From NCBI GenBank assembly GCA_035404205.1, contig DAONGQ010000004.1:1-53191 (forward strand): a stretch of 53,191 nucleotides of DNA. The letters run 5' to 3'. A model generated the notes under the pieces. That model was given only the letters and a program-made list of their open reading frames with translations. It was not told the DNA's origin and did not search any database. Position 1 is the stretch's first letter. Each line of letters opens with the position of its first letter. Shown piece by piece: positions 46,473-53,191 of this stretch. Source of the DNA: Minisyncoccota bacterium (GTDB lineage: Bacteria > Patescibacteriota > Minisyncoccia > UBA6257 > JAVHQB01). The translations under genes were made by a program, and so were the position numbers.

Positions 46473-47952
46473 ATTCAATTTTACGGAAAGGGTCTATGCT
46501 CTCAGAATAGTTCTCCTCGCGTTTATTTTTGGTGTTATAATAAGCATCTGCCTAGCTTTTAAGCTAGGTTTTTTAGTTTTGATTTTATTATTAGCTATCA
46601 TCCTGCTAATTTTTGGTATTTTTTGTAATAGCTATAAAACCTGGGCAATAGGGTTAGCTATTCTTGGCATGCTTGGTGGCAATATTATTGGTAGCCACGC
46701 ATTTAAAAACTTTAAATCGCAAAGTAATCTAATCGGGTCTTTAAATAATCAGTCAGTAGTCATTCGGGGACAGGTGGTAAAAATAGAATCTGCGCAAAAG
46801 GGCATTTTTGTAATGGCACAACTCAGAGAAACAAATAACCAAATTTGGCCATATGCGAAAACCAACATTTGTACTTATATTAACACCGCTAATGAGTTAA
46901 ATATTGGCAGCCTTTTGGAAATGAGAGGTAATTTTAATATAAGCCAGGGGGCCAATCTTCAATGTTTTGGCTATCTTAATAATCCGGTCGTGTTAGATGT
47001 TAAATTGGGTCCGCCACATTCTTTCTTTAATCTCCTCCTGAAATTAAGACAGTCTTTACATGACACCTTATCCCATAATATTCGTGAACCCTTTTTAAGC
47101 TTAGCTCAAGGCTACATTTTGGGGGACGATAAAGCCACTGACCCTGAATTAAAAAGCCTTTTAAATCGAACATCTATGACCCATATAGTAGCTGTTTCTG
47201 GCTTTAATATAGCCATTCTTTTCCTTCTAACTAAACGATTGTTCATCTTCCTGCATTTTTCTCCTCGTTTTGCCTATGGATTATCATTATTATTTAATAT
47301 CATTTTCATTACCGTGGCTGGCAATCCAGCTTCTGCTATTAGGGCTGGTATCATGTTAAGTCTTCTTTTAGGAGCAGAACAATTAGAAAGGATGGGCAAT
47401 TTTTTGAATATTTTATTGCTTGCTGCCTTTGTTATGATCCTTATAAATCCTCTTATAGTGATTTATGATGTGGGTTTTCAGCTTTCTTTTTTAGCTTCTT
47501 TGGGTTTATTCTGTAAACAAATTGTTAAACCGAAATCGGAAATGCTTGCACAGGATAGAGATAGTGGTATCAAATCTGTTTTCCTTGAGACTTTCTGGAA
47601 TAGTTTTTTTGTTATGCTATTAGTTAGTCCCATCTTAATTTGGAATGGCAATAGCCTCTCTCTCAAACCCCTTTTAGCCAATCTTCCTATTTTACCCTTA
47701 GTTCCTTTCACTACCTTTCTAGTTATCACCCTTCTCTTTGTTTTTTCTTTCGCTCCTAGTATTGCTTATCTCTTAGGCCTTTTAATAGAAATAATTATTA
47801 AGGCGCAATTAGCTATTTTAAAATTTATTGCTCCTTTAGATTTTCTGCTTTTGCCAGTGCCCAAAGTATCTTTTCTGTGGATTATTTTTTATTATGGCTT
47901 CTTGATTTATGGGGTACACCTGCAGTTAAGAAAAACTAGAGCTATTATCTAA
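46453..47952 (+). CDS. comEC: ComEC/Rec2 DNA-uptake channel: N-terminal OB-like (DUF4131-type) plus polytopic Competence domain, without the beta-lactamase domain
   Basis: TM helices, an OB-like segment (V.IRGQVVKIE...), then MTHIVAVSGFNIAILF typical of the Competence domain. Start is ATG 46453 (or TTG 46438), overlapping the nrdG end. Confidence 0.75.
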   Translation: MWQLETKFNFTERVYALRIVLLAFIFGVIISICLAFKLGFLVLILLLAIILLIFGIFCNSYKTWAIGLAILGMLGGNIIGSHAFKNFKSQSNLIGSLNNQSVVIRGQVVKIESAQKGIFVMAQLRETNNQIWPYAKTNICTYINTANELNIGSLLEMRGNFNISQGANLQCFGYLNNPVVLDVKLGPPHSFFNLLLKLRQSLHDTLSHNIREPFLSLAQGYILGDDKATDPELKSLLNRTSMTHIVAVSGFNIAILFLLTKRLFIFLHFSPRFAYGLSLLFNIIFITVAGNPASAIRAGIMLSLLLGAEQLERMGNFLNILLLAAFVMILINPLIVIYDVGFQLSFLASLGLFCKQIVKPKSEMLAQDRDSGIKSVFLETFWNSFFVMLLVSPILIWNGNSLSLKPLLANLPILPLVPFTTFLVITLLFVFSFAPSIAYLLGLLIEIIIKAQLAILKFIAPLDFLLLPVPKVSFLWIIFYYGFLIYGVHLQLRKTRAII

Positions 47953-47955
47953 AAT

Positions 47956-48825
47956 ATGTTTATTCTTACCTCGGCACAATTTAAAAAAGGGTATCGATAT
48001 CTTTTAGCGCTCTGCCTAATAGATTGCCTCGCCTTTCTTTTTCTGCTCTCAAACCATTCTCTGCAAGCCAATGGAGTCTATTTTTTATCAGTTGGAGAGG
48101 GCGATGCAGAATTGGTTAGGTATAAAGGCAAGAACATTCTTATTGATGCCGGACCAGACAGGCAAATTCTGAAAGCTTTGGGGCAGCTAGTTCCCTTGGG
48201 AGAGTCAATTGATTTGGCTATCATTACCCATTCAAATACCGACCATTACGAGGGCTTGCGTTATGTCTTGGAGTCCTATCCTGTGCGTGCTGTTATTATG
48301 CCGGAGGTTTCTAACCCTAGCCCAACTTATAGAAGTCTTTTAGAAGAACTCTCTCTAGGAAGCGCTAGGTTCTATTTGGCTAAGGCAGGCAGTAGAATCG
48401 AGTTAGCGAAGAATAGTTTTTTTCAGGTTCTTTGGCCCCTTACCAATAATATTAACTCTTCTACGGATTTAAATGTCCAGGCTTTAGTGTTTTTTTATCA
48501 AGACGAGGGGAAGAAATTTCTTTTTACTAGTGACATTGGAGAGAAAGAAGAAAGTAAGATATTAATGCTTTATCCTGATTTAAAAACAGATATTCTCAAG
48601 ATTGCTCACCATGGTTCCAAGGGCTCTAATAGCTATGCGTGGCTCAAAACGCTTAATCCTGCCTATAGCATTATAGAGGTGGGGAATAATTCTTATGGGC
48701 ATCCTACCATGGAAGTGCTTAATCGCTTGGCTGACTTGAACATTCTTACCTTTCGCACCGATTGGCAGGGTACTATAGGATTCGTTTTTAAAGAAAACGG
48801 CTCATTTGACCTCACTTATCGATAA
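47956..48825 (+). CDS. ComEC C-terminal-type metallo-beta-lactamase-fold protein encoded as a separate ORF
   Basis: N-terminal TM, GEGDA.L......ILIDAG, ITH...DH.EGL (HxHxDH-like), KIAHHGSK.S. Its ATG lies 3 nt after the comEC stop. Confidence 0.75.
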   Translation: MFILTSAQFKKGYRYLLALCLIDCLAFLFLLSNHSLQANGVYFLSVGEGDAELVRYKGKNILIDAGPDRQILKALGQLVPLGESIDLAIITHSNTDHYEGLRYVLESYPVRAVIMPEVSNPSPTYRSLLEELSLGSARFYLAKAGSRIELAKNSFFQVLWPLTNNINSSTDLNVQALVFFYQDEGKKFLFTSDIGEKEESKILMLYPDLKTDILKIAHHGSKGSNSYAWLKTLNPAYSIIEVGNNSYGHPTMEVLNRLADLNILTFRTDWQGTIGFVFKENGSFDLTYR

Positions 48826-48889
48826 AAATTATTAGCTAGTCAGAACTTTTGGCACTTGTTAGCTATAACTTTGTAAACTAAATTCTTTG

Positions 48890-48898
48890 TGGTATATT
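48890..48898 (+). promoter_or_regulatory. Extended -10 element (TGgTATATT) upstream of aspS
   Basis: 21 nt before ATG 48920. It lies inside the N-terminal extension proposed by the ORF track, which argues for the shorter start. Confidence 0.4.
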
Positions 48899-48919
48899 GA
48901 GAATACTTTAAACATTTAT

Positions 48920-50338
48920 ATGGAAAGAATTTGGATCAAAGATATAAAACATGAAGAGGGTGAGCAGGTCTCTCTTTCTGGATGGGTGGCTACACGTCGC
49001 GACCATGGCAACATCATTTTTATAGACTTGAAAGATAAAAGCGGTCTTATTCAAGTTGTTTTTTCTAAAACTGATGGCGAAGTGTATGATATAGCCAATC
49101 AATTGCGTCCAGCTTGGGTTATTAATTTAGAAGGGGTTGTCCATATGCGACCCGAGAAAAATCGCAACAACAAAATTATAACAGGCGACATAGAAATAGG
49201 AGCGCAAAAAATTACCCTCTATTCAAAGGCAGATGTTTTGCCTCTTGACATAGAAGGGGATGGTTACGATATCAACGAAAATTTAAGGCTTAAATACCGC
49301 TATTTGGACTTGAGAAGAGAACGCTTGCAGAACAATCTTAAGACCCGTCATAACTTTATGCTTTTTGTGCGGAATTATTTGAGCGCCCAAGGCTTTACCG
49401 AAATAGAAACTCCCAATCTTACTCGTTCCACCCCGGAAGGAGCTCGCGATTATTTGGTGCCCGCTCGCATTTCTCCTGGTAATTTTTATGCTTTGCCACA
49501 ATCGCCTCAACAATATAAACAATTGTTGATGGTAGCTCAAATTGAGAGGTATTTTCAATTTGCCCGTTGTTTTAGAGACGAGGATGCTCGAGGCGATAGG
49601 CAGCCGGAATTTACTCAACTCGATATCGAAACTAGCTTTTGGAGTAGCGATCAAATTCTTAATTTAGTAGAGGCAATGATAGTAGAGTATGTTAAAATTT
49701 ACTTGCCGGAAAAGCATATATTACAGACACCTTTTCCCAGAATAGAATACAAAGACGCTCTCGAAAAATATCATAGCGATAAACCTGATATTCGTAAAAA
49801 TAAAGAAGACAATAATGAATTGGCCTTTGCCTTTATTGTTAATTTTCCTATGTTTGAATGGAAAGAAAGTGAAAAGCGTTGGGATGCCGTGCATCATCCT
49901 TTCACTCGCCCTCAATTCTTGGAAGGGGAAACCGTCCCTGAGCTTATAAAGCGCATGACAGAACGCCCTGGAAGCATTATGGCTGATCAGTATGATTTGG
50001 CTCTGAATGGTTTTGAGGCTGGCGGTGGCTCGCTAAGAACTTATCAGCCAGAACTATTAGAAAAAGTCTTTGAAATTATGGGTAATAGTCCGGCTTCCAT
50101 CGAAGAAAAATTTGGGCACCTATTAGAAGCTTTCAAATACGGAGTGCCACCCCACGGGGGAATTGCCTTAGGGGTAGATAGGCTGATAACCCTTTTTCAG
50201 GGCGAACCCAATATCAGAGAAACTATTGCCTTTCCCAAAAATGGAGAAGGCTTTGACCCCCTTATGAATTCCCCGGCTAGCGTTGATAAGGCGCAAATTA
50301 AAGAATTAGGTATAGAAATTAACATTCTTAAAAAATAG
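48920..50338 (+). CDS. aspS: Aspartate--tRNA ligase, bacterial-type sequence lacking the GAD insertion domain
   Basis: OB anticodon domain, QSPQ.YKQLLM......YFQ.ARCFRDED.R.DRQPEFTQLD.E (motif 2), GGGS.R (motif 3). SDKPD.R is followed almost directly by FPMFEW. Confidence 0.9.
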   Translation: MERIWIKDIKHEEGEQVSLSGWVATRRDHGNIIFIDLKDKSGLIQVVFSKTDGEVYDIANQLRPAWVINLEGVVHMRPEKNRNNKIITGDIEIGAQKITLYSKADVLPLDIEGDGYDINENLRLKYRYLDLRRERLQNNLKTRHNFMLFVRNYLSAQGFTEIETPNLTRSTPEGARDYLVPARISPGNFYALPQSPQQYKQLLMVAQIERYFQFARCFRDEDARGDRQPEFTQLDIETSFWSSDQILNLVEAMIVEYVKIYLPEKHILQTPFPRIEYKDALEKYHSDKPDIRKNKEDNNELAFAFIVNFPMFEWKESEKRWDAVHHPFTRPQFLEGETVPELIKRMTERPGSIMADQYDLALNGFEAGGGSLRTYQPELLEKVFEIMGNSPASIEEKFGHLLEAFKYGVPPHGGIALGVDRLITLFQGEPNIRETIAFPKNGEGFDPLMNSPASVDKAQIKELGIEINILKK

Positions 50339-50342
50339 GGCT

Positions 50343-50945
50343 ATGGAAAATTTCACTTTAGATCAAAAAAAGGAGAGAACATTAGTACTCATAAAACCAG
50401 ATGGGGTTAAAAGAGCCCTTATTGGCGAAATTATTCGTCGTATAGAAATGAGAGGCCTTAAAGTAGTCGGTATGGAAATGGTGTGGGCTAGGCCTGAACA
50501 AATTGACGAGCATTATCCGCATGACGAGGGCTGGATTAAGGGCATGGGAGAAAAAACCCTAGCTTCTTACAAAGATTATGGCTTAGACCCCATAGAGGAA
50601 ATGGGGACGGATGACCCCTTAAAAATTGGTCAAGAATGCCGTAATTGGTTAGTGAATTTTATGTCTTCTGGGCCTATTGTAAAAATTGCCGTGGAGGGTT
50701 TGCATGCCATTGAAATGGTAAGAAAAATAGTGGGGAAGACCATTCCTGCTTCTGCTGATATGGGCACCATTAGAGGGGATTTCTCTGTTGACTCGCCCAC
50801 ACTAGCCAATAAAGACAAAAGGGCAGTTCGCAATTTAATTCATGCCTCTGGGAATAAAGAAGAAGCTGAGCATGAATTGTCTTTATGGTTTGCCAATGAT
50901 AGCCTGTTCGATTATGAGCGCTCGGATGAAAGCACTATTTTTTAA
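50343..50945 (+). CDS. ndk: Nucleoside-diphosphate kinase with a ~35-aa internal insertion
   Basis: ERTLVLIKPDGV.R.L.GEII.R.E..GLK, GT.RGDF, N.IHASG (catalytic His). Confidence 0.85.
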   Translation: MENFTLDQKKERTLVLIKPDGVKRALIGEIIRRIEMRGLKVVGMEMVWARPEQIDEHYPHDEGWIKGMGEKTLASYKDYGLDPIEEMGTDDPLKIGQECRNWLVNFMSSGPIVKIAVEGLHAIEMVRKIVGKTIPASADMGTIRGDFSVDSPTLANKDKRAVRNLIHASGNKEEAEHELSLWFANDSLFDYERSDESTIF

Positions 50946-50961
50946 TTTTATTGGCGCAATT

Positions 50962-50997
50962 AAAAACACTTTGTTTTTAGCAAAGTGTTTTTTGTTT
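50962..50997 (+). terminator. Rho-independent terminator after ndk
   Basis: AACACTTTG / CAAAGTGTT stem, 7-nt loop and a T-run. Confidence 0.8.
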
Positions 50998-51024
50998 GCC
51001 ATTTTATAGGCTAAATGTTACTAT
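50996..51024 (+). promoter_or_regulatory. Sigma70-type promoter (TTGCCA-N17-TACTAT with TGt extended -10)
   Basis: Located 36 nt before ATG 51061. Confidence 0.5.
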
Positions 51025-51060
51025 GGGCGCTACTCTTAGGTTATCCTTCTAGAAAATATT

Positions 51061-51945
51061 ATGCTTGCTTTCAAGGTAAATCCTTATATAGAAAAAATAG
51101 CTCTTACATCCAAAGCGTTTAAAAAAGAATTTTATCCCTCCAACCGCGAAGAGAAGGATAATTCTACCGACCCTTTAGAAGAAGACAAAAATATGCCTGT
51201 TTATGGTTTGGTGCATAAATACCCTAATCGAGTATTGATTTTATTGACACTAAATTGCGCAGCTTATTGCCGCTTTTGTACTCGTCGCCGTTCTGTGTCT
51301 GCTATTCAAAAATGTCAGCTCGGGGAAAAGGATTTGCGTAAAATGGCTCATTATATAAAAAAACATGCCGGTATCAATGAAATTATCTTATCGGGAGGAG
51401 ACCCCTTAACAGTACCAAACCTATTAGCGTCAGCTTTGAAAATTTTTGGTTCTCTCCCTCAAGTTAAAATACTTAGAATAGGCAGTCGTTTGCCAATTTC
51501 TAATCCCGCGGCCATTAATTCTTCCCTTCTCTCTATTCTGAGGAACAGCCCCAAGCAGCCAGTGTATATGCTTTTAAATTTTGAGCACCCTGACGAGTTG
51601 ACGGCTGAAACTAAATTAGCTCTAAAGAAATTAAGGGCTAACAATTGTATTTTACTTTCGCAAACCGTTTTCTTAAAAGGTATTAATGACGACGTTTCTA
51701 CATTGGAAAAATTATTTACCGCTTTGCTTACCCTAGGAGTTAAGCCTTACTATATTTTTCATAACGATGAACCGAAGGGTACAGAACATTTTACCGTGGC
51801 CCTCAAAAAAGAAGCTCAAATTATGGACCAACTCCGTCGGCGAGTAGGTGGGTTAGCTTGTCCTGTCTATGCACTCGATTCTGCCAAGGCGCCTTATAAA
51901 ATTCCCTTGGCATATGGACTAGCGCAACCAGAGATTAGGCATTAG
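51061..51945 (+). CDS. KamA-family radical SAM protein (lysine 2,3-aminomutase / EpmB-like), short form
   Basis: HKYP.RVL.L.T..CA.YCRFCTRR (CxxxCxxC in the KamA context) and SGGDPL. 294 aa. Confidence 0.75.
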   Translation: MLAFKVNPYIEKIALTSKAFKKEFYPSNREEKDNSTDPLEEDKNMPVYGLVHKYPNRVLILLTLNCAAYCRFCTRRRSVSAIQKCQLGEKDLRKMAHYIKKHAGINEIILSGGDPLTVPNLLASALKIFGSLPQVKILRIGSRLPISNPAAINSSLLSILRNSPKQPVYMLLNFEHPDELTAETKLALKKLRANNCILLSQTVFLKGINDDVSTLEKLFTALLTLGVKPYYIFHNDEPKGTEHFTVALKKEAQIMDQLRRRVGGLACPVYALDSAKAPYKIPLAYGLAQPEIRH

Positions 51946-51986
51946 CTCTTATTTCTTGCCTCGGTATATCTGATGAATATCTTTTC

Positions 51987-52015
51987 TTGGCAAAGGGGGA
52001 GCGCTTTGCTATAAT
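51987..52015 (+). promoter_or_regulatory. Sigma70-type promoter (TTGGCA-N17-TATAAT with TGc extended -10)
   Basis: Same architecture as the clpB promoter. It would start transcription near 52022. Confidence 0.55.
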
Positions 52016-52021
52016 ATCTTT

Positions 52022-52181
52022 GACCCTAGAGAGATTTTAGACCAAACATTTTTGTTTTGGGACTCTGCGTCTGAGAACCCGTGGGCTTTCAGCAAGGTAT
52101 CCCACTTGGCATTATTGCCTAAACCTCTCAGGGTCTCTTAAGCAGCCATTCGCCAGCTTGTCGTTGGGTGAATGGCTTTTT
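52022..52181 (+). ncRNA. Unclassified structured RNA (riboswitch-like leader or small RNA) ending in an intrinsic terminator
   Basis: A long-range closing helix pairs 52022-52033 with 52125-52135 (11 bp, one bulge). It encloses hairpins at ~52042-52060, 52081-52105 and 52106-52122. A terminator follows at 52144-52181. Confidence 0.45.
52144..52181 (+). terminator. Rho-independent terminator inside the 5' leader of the HD-domain gene
   Basis: 11-bp stem AGCCATTCGCC / GGGTGAATGGCT (one G-U pair), 12-nt loop, then TTTTT. Sits 69 nt upstream of ATG 52250. Confidence 0.7.
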
Positions 52182-52249
52182 GAGTTTATGTTTGACCGCA
52201 AACCGTTTTTCATTATAGAATAACTATATTTAACATTGAGGCTATTATT

Positions 52250-53044
52250 ATGGATATTAATACTTTTCATTTACCGACAGAGGGAAATCCAAAATTAGTC
52301 AAATTAGTGACTAATTTAGAGTCCCACAAAGAAATTCAAACTTTGCTGACAATGTCTAATGTTACTGCTGTCAACCGCCTGGGCTATAACGACCATGGAC
52401 CTACCCATGTCAAAATCGTTGCCAATTCAGCTCTTTTAATGCTGAGAATTATAAACGAATACGGACTTCATTCTAGTTTGCAAGAAAACTACAACTCTTT
52501 CGATTTAACGGACCAAGATGCCGAATTGGTTGTAGTGCTGGGCAGTTATTTACACGATATTGGTCACGCCGTGCACAGAGCTGGACATGAATTGGTGGGG
52601 ACCCTCTTGGCTAAACCCATTATTGAGCAAGTCTTAACGGGTCTTTACTCCGATGAGCAGAGAATTATTATGGTTTTTGAAATTTTACATGCTATTTATA
52701 GCCACGAACCAAACATTATTCCTTTGACCATTGAAGCTGGAATAGTGAAAGTAGCTGATGCATTAGACATGGAGAAGGGGAGGGCGCGAGCTCCTTATAC
52801 GGCCGGAAGCGTTAATATTCATTCTCTTTCTGCCTTGGGCATAGAAAACGTAGAAATTACTAAAGGAGTAAAGCGCCCCTTGAAAATAAAAATTCACATG
52901 TCTAATACTGCTGGTATTTTTCAGGCTGATGATTTACTTGGGGAAAAGCTTAGGACTTCTGGCATAGCCAAATATTTTGAAGTAGAAATCTATTTACTTA
53001 GAGATGGCAAGGAGAATCTTCTTAAAAGTTATGAACTAGAATAA
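52250..53044 (+). CDS. HD-domain metal-dependent phosphohydrolase
   Basis: H..HV......A and YLHDIGH..HR..HE motifs. 264 aa, substrate unknown. Confidence 0.65.
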   Translation: MDINTFHLPTEGNPKLVKLVTNLESHKEIQTLLTMSNVTAVNRLGYNDHGPTHVKIVANSALLMLRIINEYGLHSSLQENYNSFDLTDQDAELVVVLGSYLHDIGHAVHRAGHELVGTLLAKPIIEQVLTGLYSDEQRIIMVFEILHAIYSHEPNIIPLTIEAGIVKVADALDMEKGRARAPYTAGSVNIHSLSALGIENVEITKGVKRPLKIKIHMSNTAGIFQADDLLGEKLRTSGIAKYFEVEIYLLRDGKENLLKSYELE

Positions 53045-53155
53045 GAGAATTTTTGGATTTAGTTTGTATTCATAACAAGCTTTTCTGTTTATGCCAGCCT
53101 TTACTCTGCACGAATATATGATGTTTAGGTATTAGGCATTAGACTTTGGACATTC

Positions 53156-53182
53156 AAAAATCACCGTTGGACGGTGATTTTT
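53156..53182 (+). terminator. Rho-independent terminator
   Basis: AAAAATCACCGT / ACGGTGATTTTT stem with a 3-nt loop. Confidence 0.75.
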
Positions 53183-53191
53183 GGTTTCAGT

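Noticed and set aside
52059-52082. TPP riboswitch, suggested by GGGAC...CUGAGAACCC.
   Set aside because: The pyrophosphate-sensing half (ACCUGA...GCG...AGGGA) and a proper P3 are missing. The downstream gene is also not thiamine related.
52128-52150. SRP (4.5S) RNA, suggested by UCAGGGUC...AAGCAGCCA, which resembles the helix-8 motif GUCAGGUCCGGAAGGAAGCAGCC.
   Set aside because: There is no GNRA tetraloop and no complementary stem between the two halves. The AGCAGCC is simply the 5' arm of the terminator hairpin.
53087-53131. 14-codon ORF (MPAFTLHEYMMFRY) in the 3' region after the HD gene.
   Set aside because: It is too short, has no ribosome-binding or conservation evidence, and probably lies within the 3' UTR before the terminator.

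Overview
The window is 53.2 kb of low-GC, very gene-dense bacterial chromosome. It has about 52 CDS, and all but two (pth and an LCP-family gene) are on the + strand. By eye I found no rRNA, tRNA, CRISPR array, transposase or integrase. The content is housekeeping. In order it runs: a PilB/GspE tail; a giant secreted Thr-rich protein with two lamin-tail domains; and a small redox/stress set (HD-type alarmone hydrolase, glutaredoxin-like protein, SpoU methylase, DJ-1/PfpI). A tight sugar-phosphate cluster follows (gap-rpiB-rpe-split tkt-pfkB kinase-ppsA-eno), then SEDS/MltG, rpoB-rpoC, a suf Fe-S cluster with two cysteine desulfurases, and clpB. The rest is pth/LCP, lepB, hisS, S21, ybeY, ftsA-ftsZ, class III RNR nrdD-nrdG, a split ComEC, aspS, ndk, a KamA-family radical SAM gene and an HD-domain gene. 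Several traits suggest a reduced-genome, possibly Patescibacteria/CPR-like organism; this is inference only, since no search was possible. These traits are split transketolase, AspRS without the insertion domain, almost no Shine-Dalgarno motifs, extended -10 promoters with very short leaders, anaerobic RNR, and ComEC plus pilus ATPase.

The most interesting signal is an intact 85-aa ORF between nrdD and nrdG. It joins its own 4-Cys zinc ribbon to a glycyl-radical segment that is 104/104 nt identical to the 3' end of nrdD. I read this as a candidate GrcA/YfiD-like spare part for an oxygen-damaged class III ribonucleotide reductase. Other leads:
- A 43-bp tandem triplication of an extended -10 promoter plus a palindrome upstream of clpB.
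- A promoter-to-terminator structured RNA upstream of the last HD gene.
- 9-bp phased AGTTTATAA arrays.
- A shared-stem terminator family.
- The PLC/P1-nuclease-like, LTD-bearing surface protein.

All protein calls rest on motifs recognised by eye in the supplied translations.
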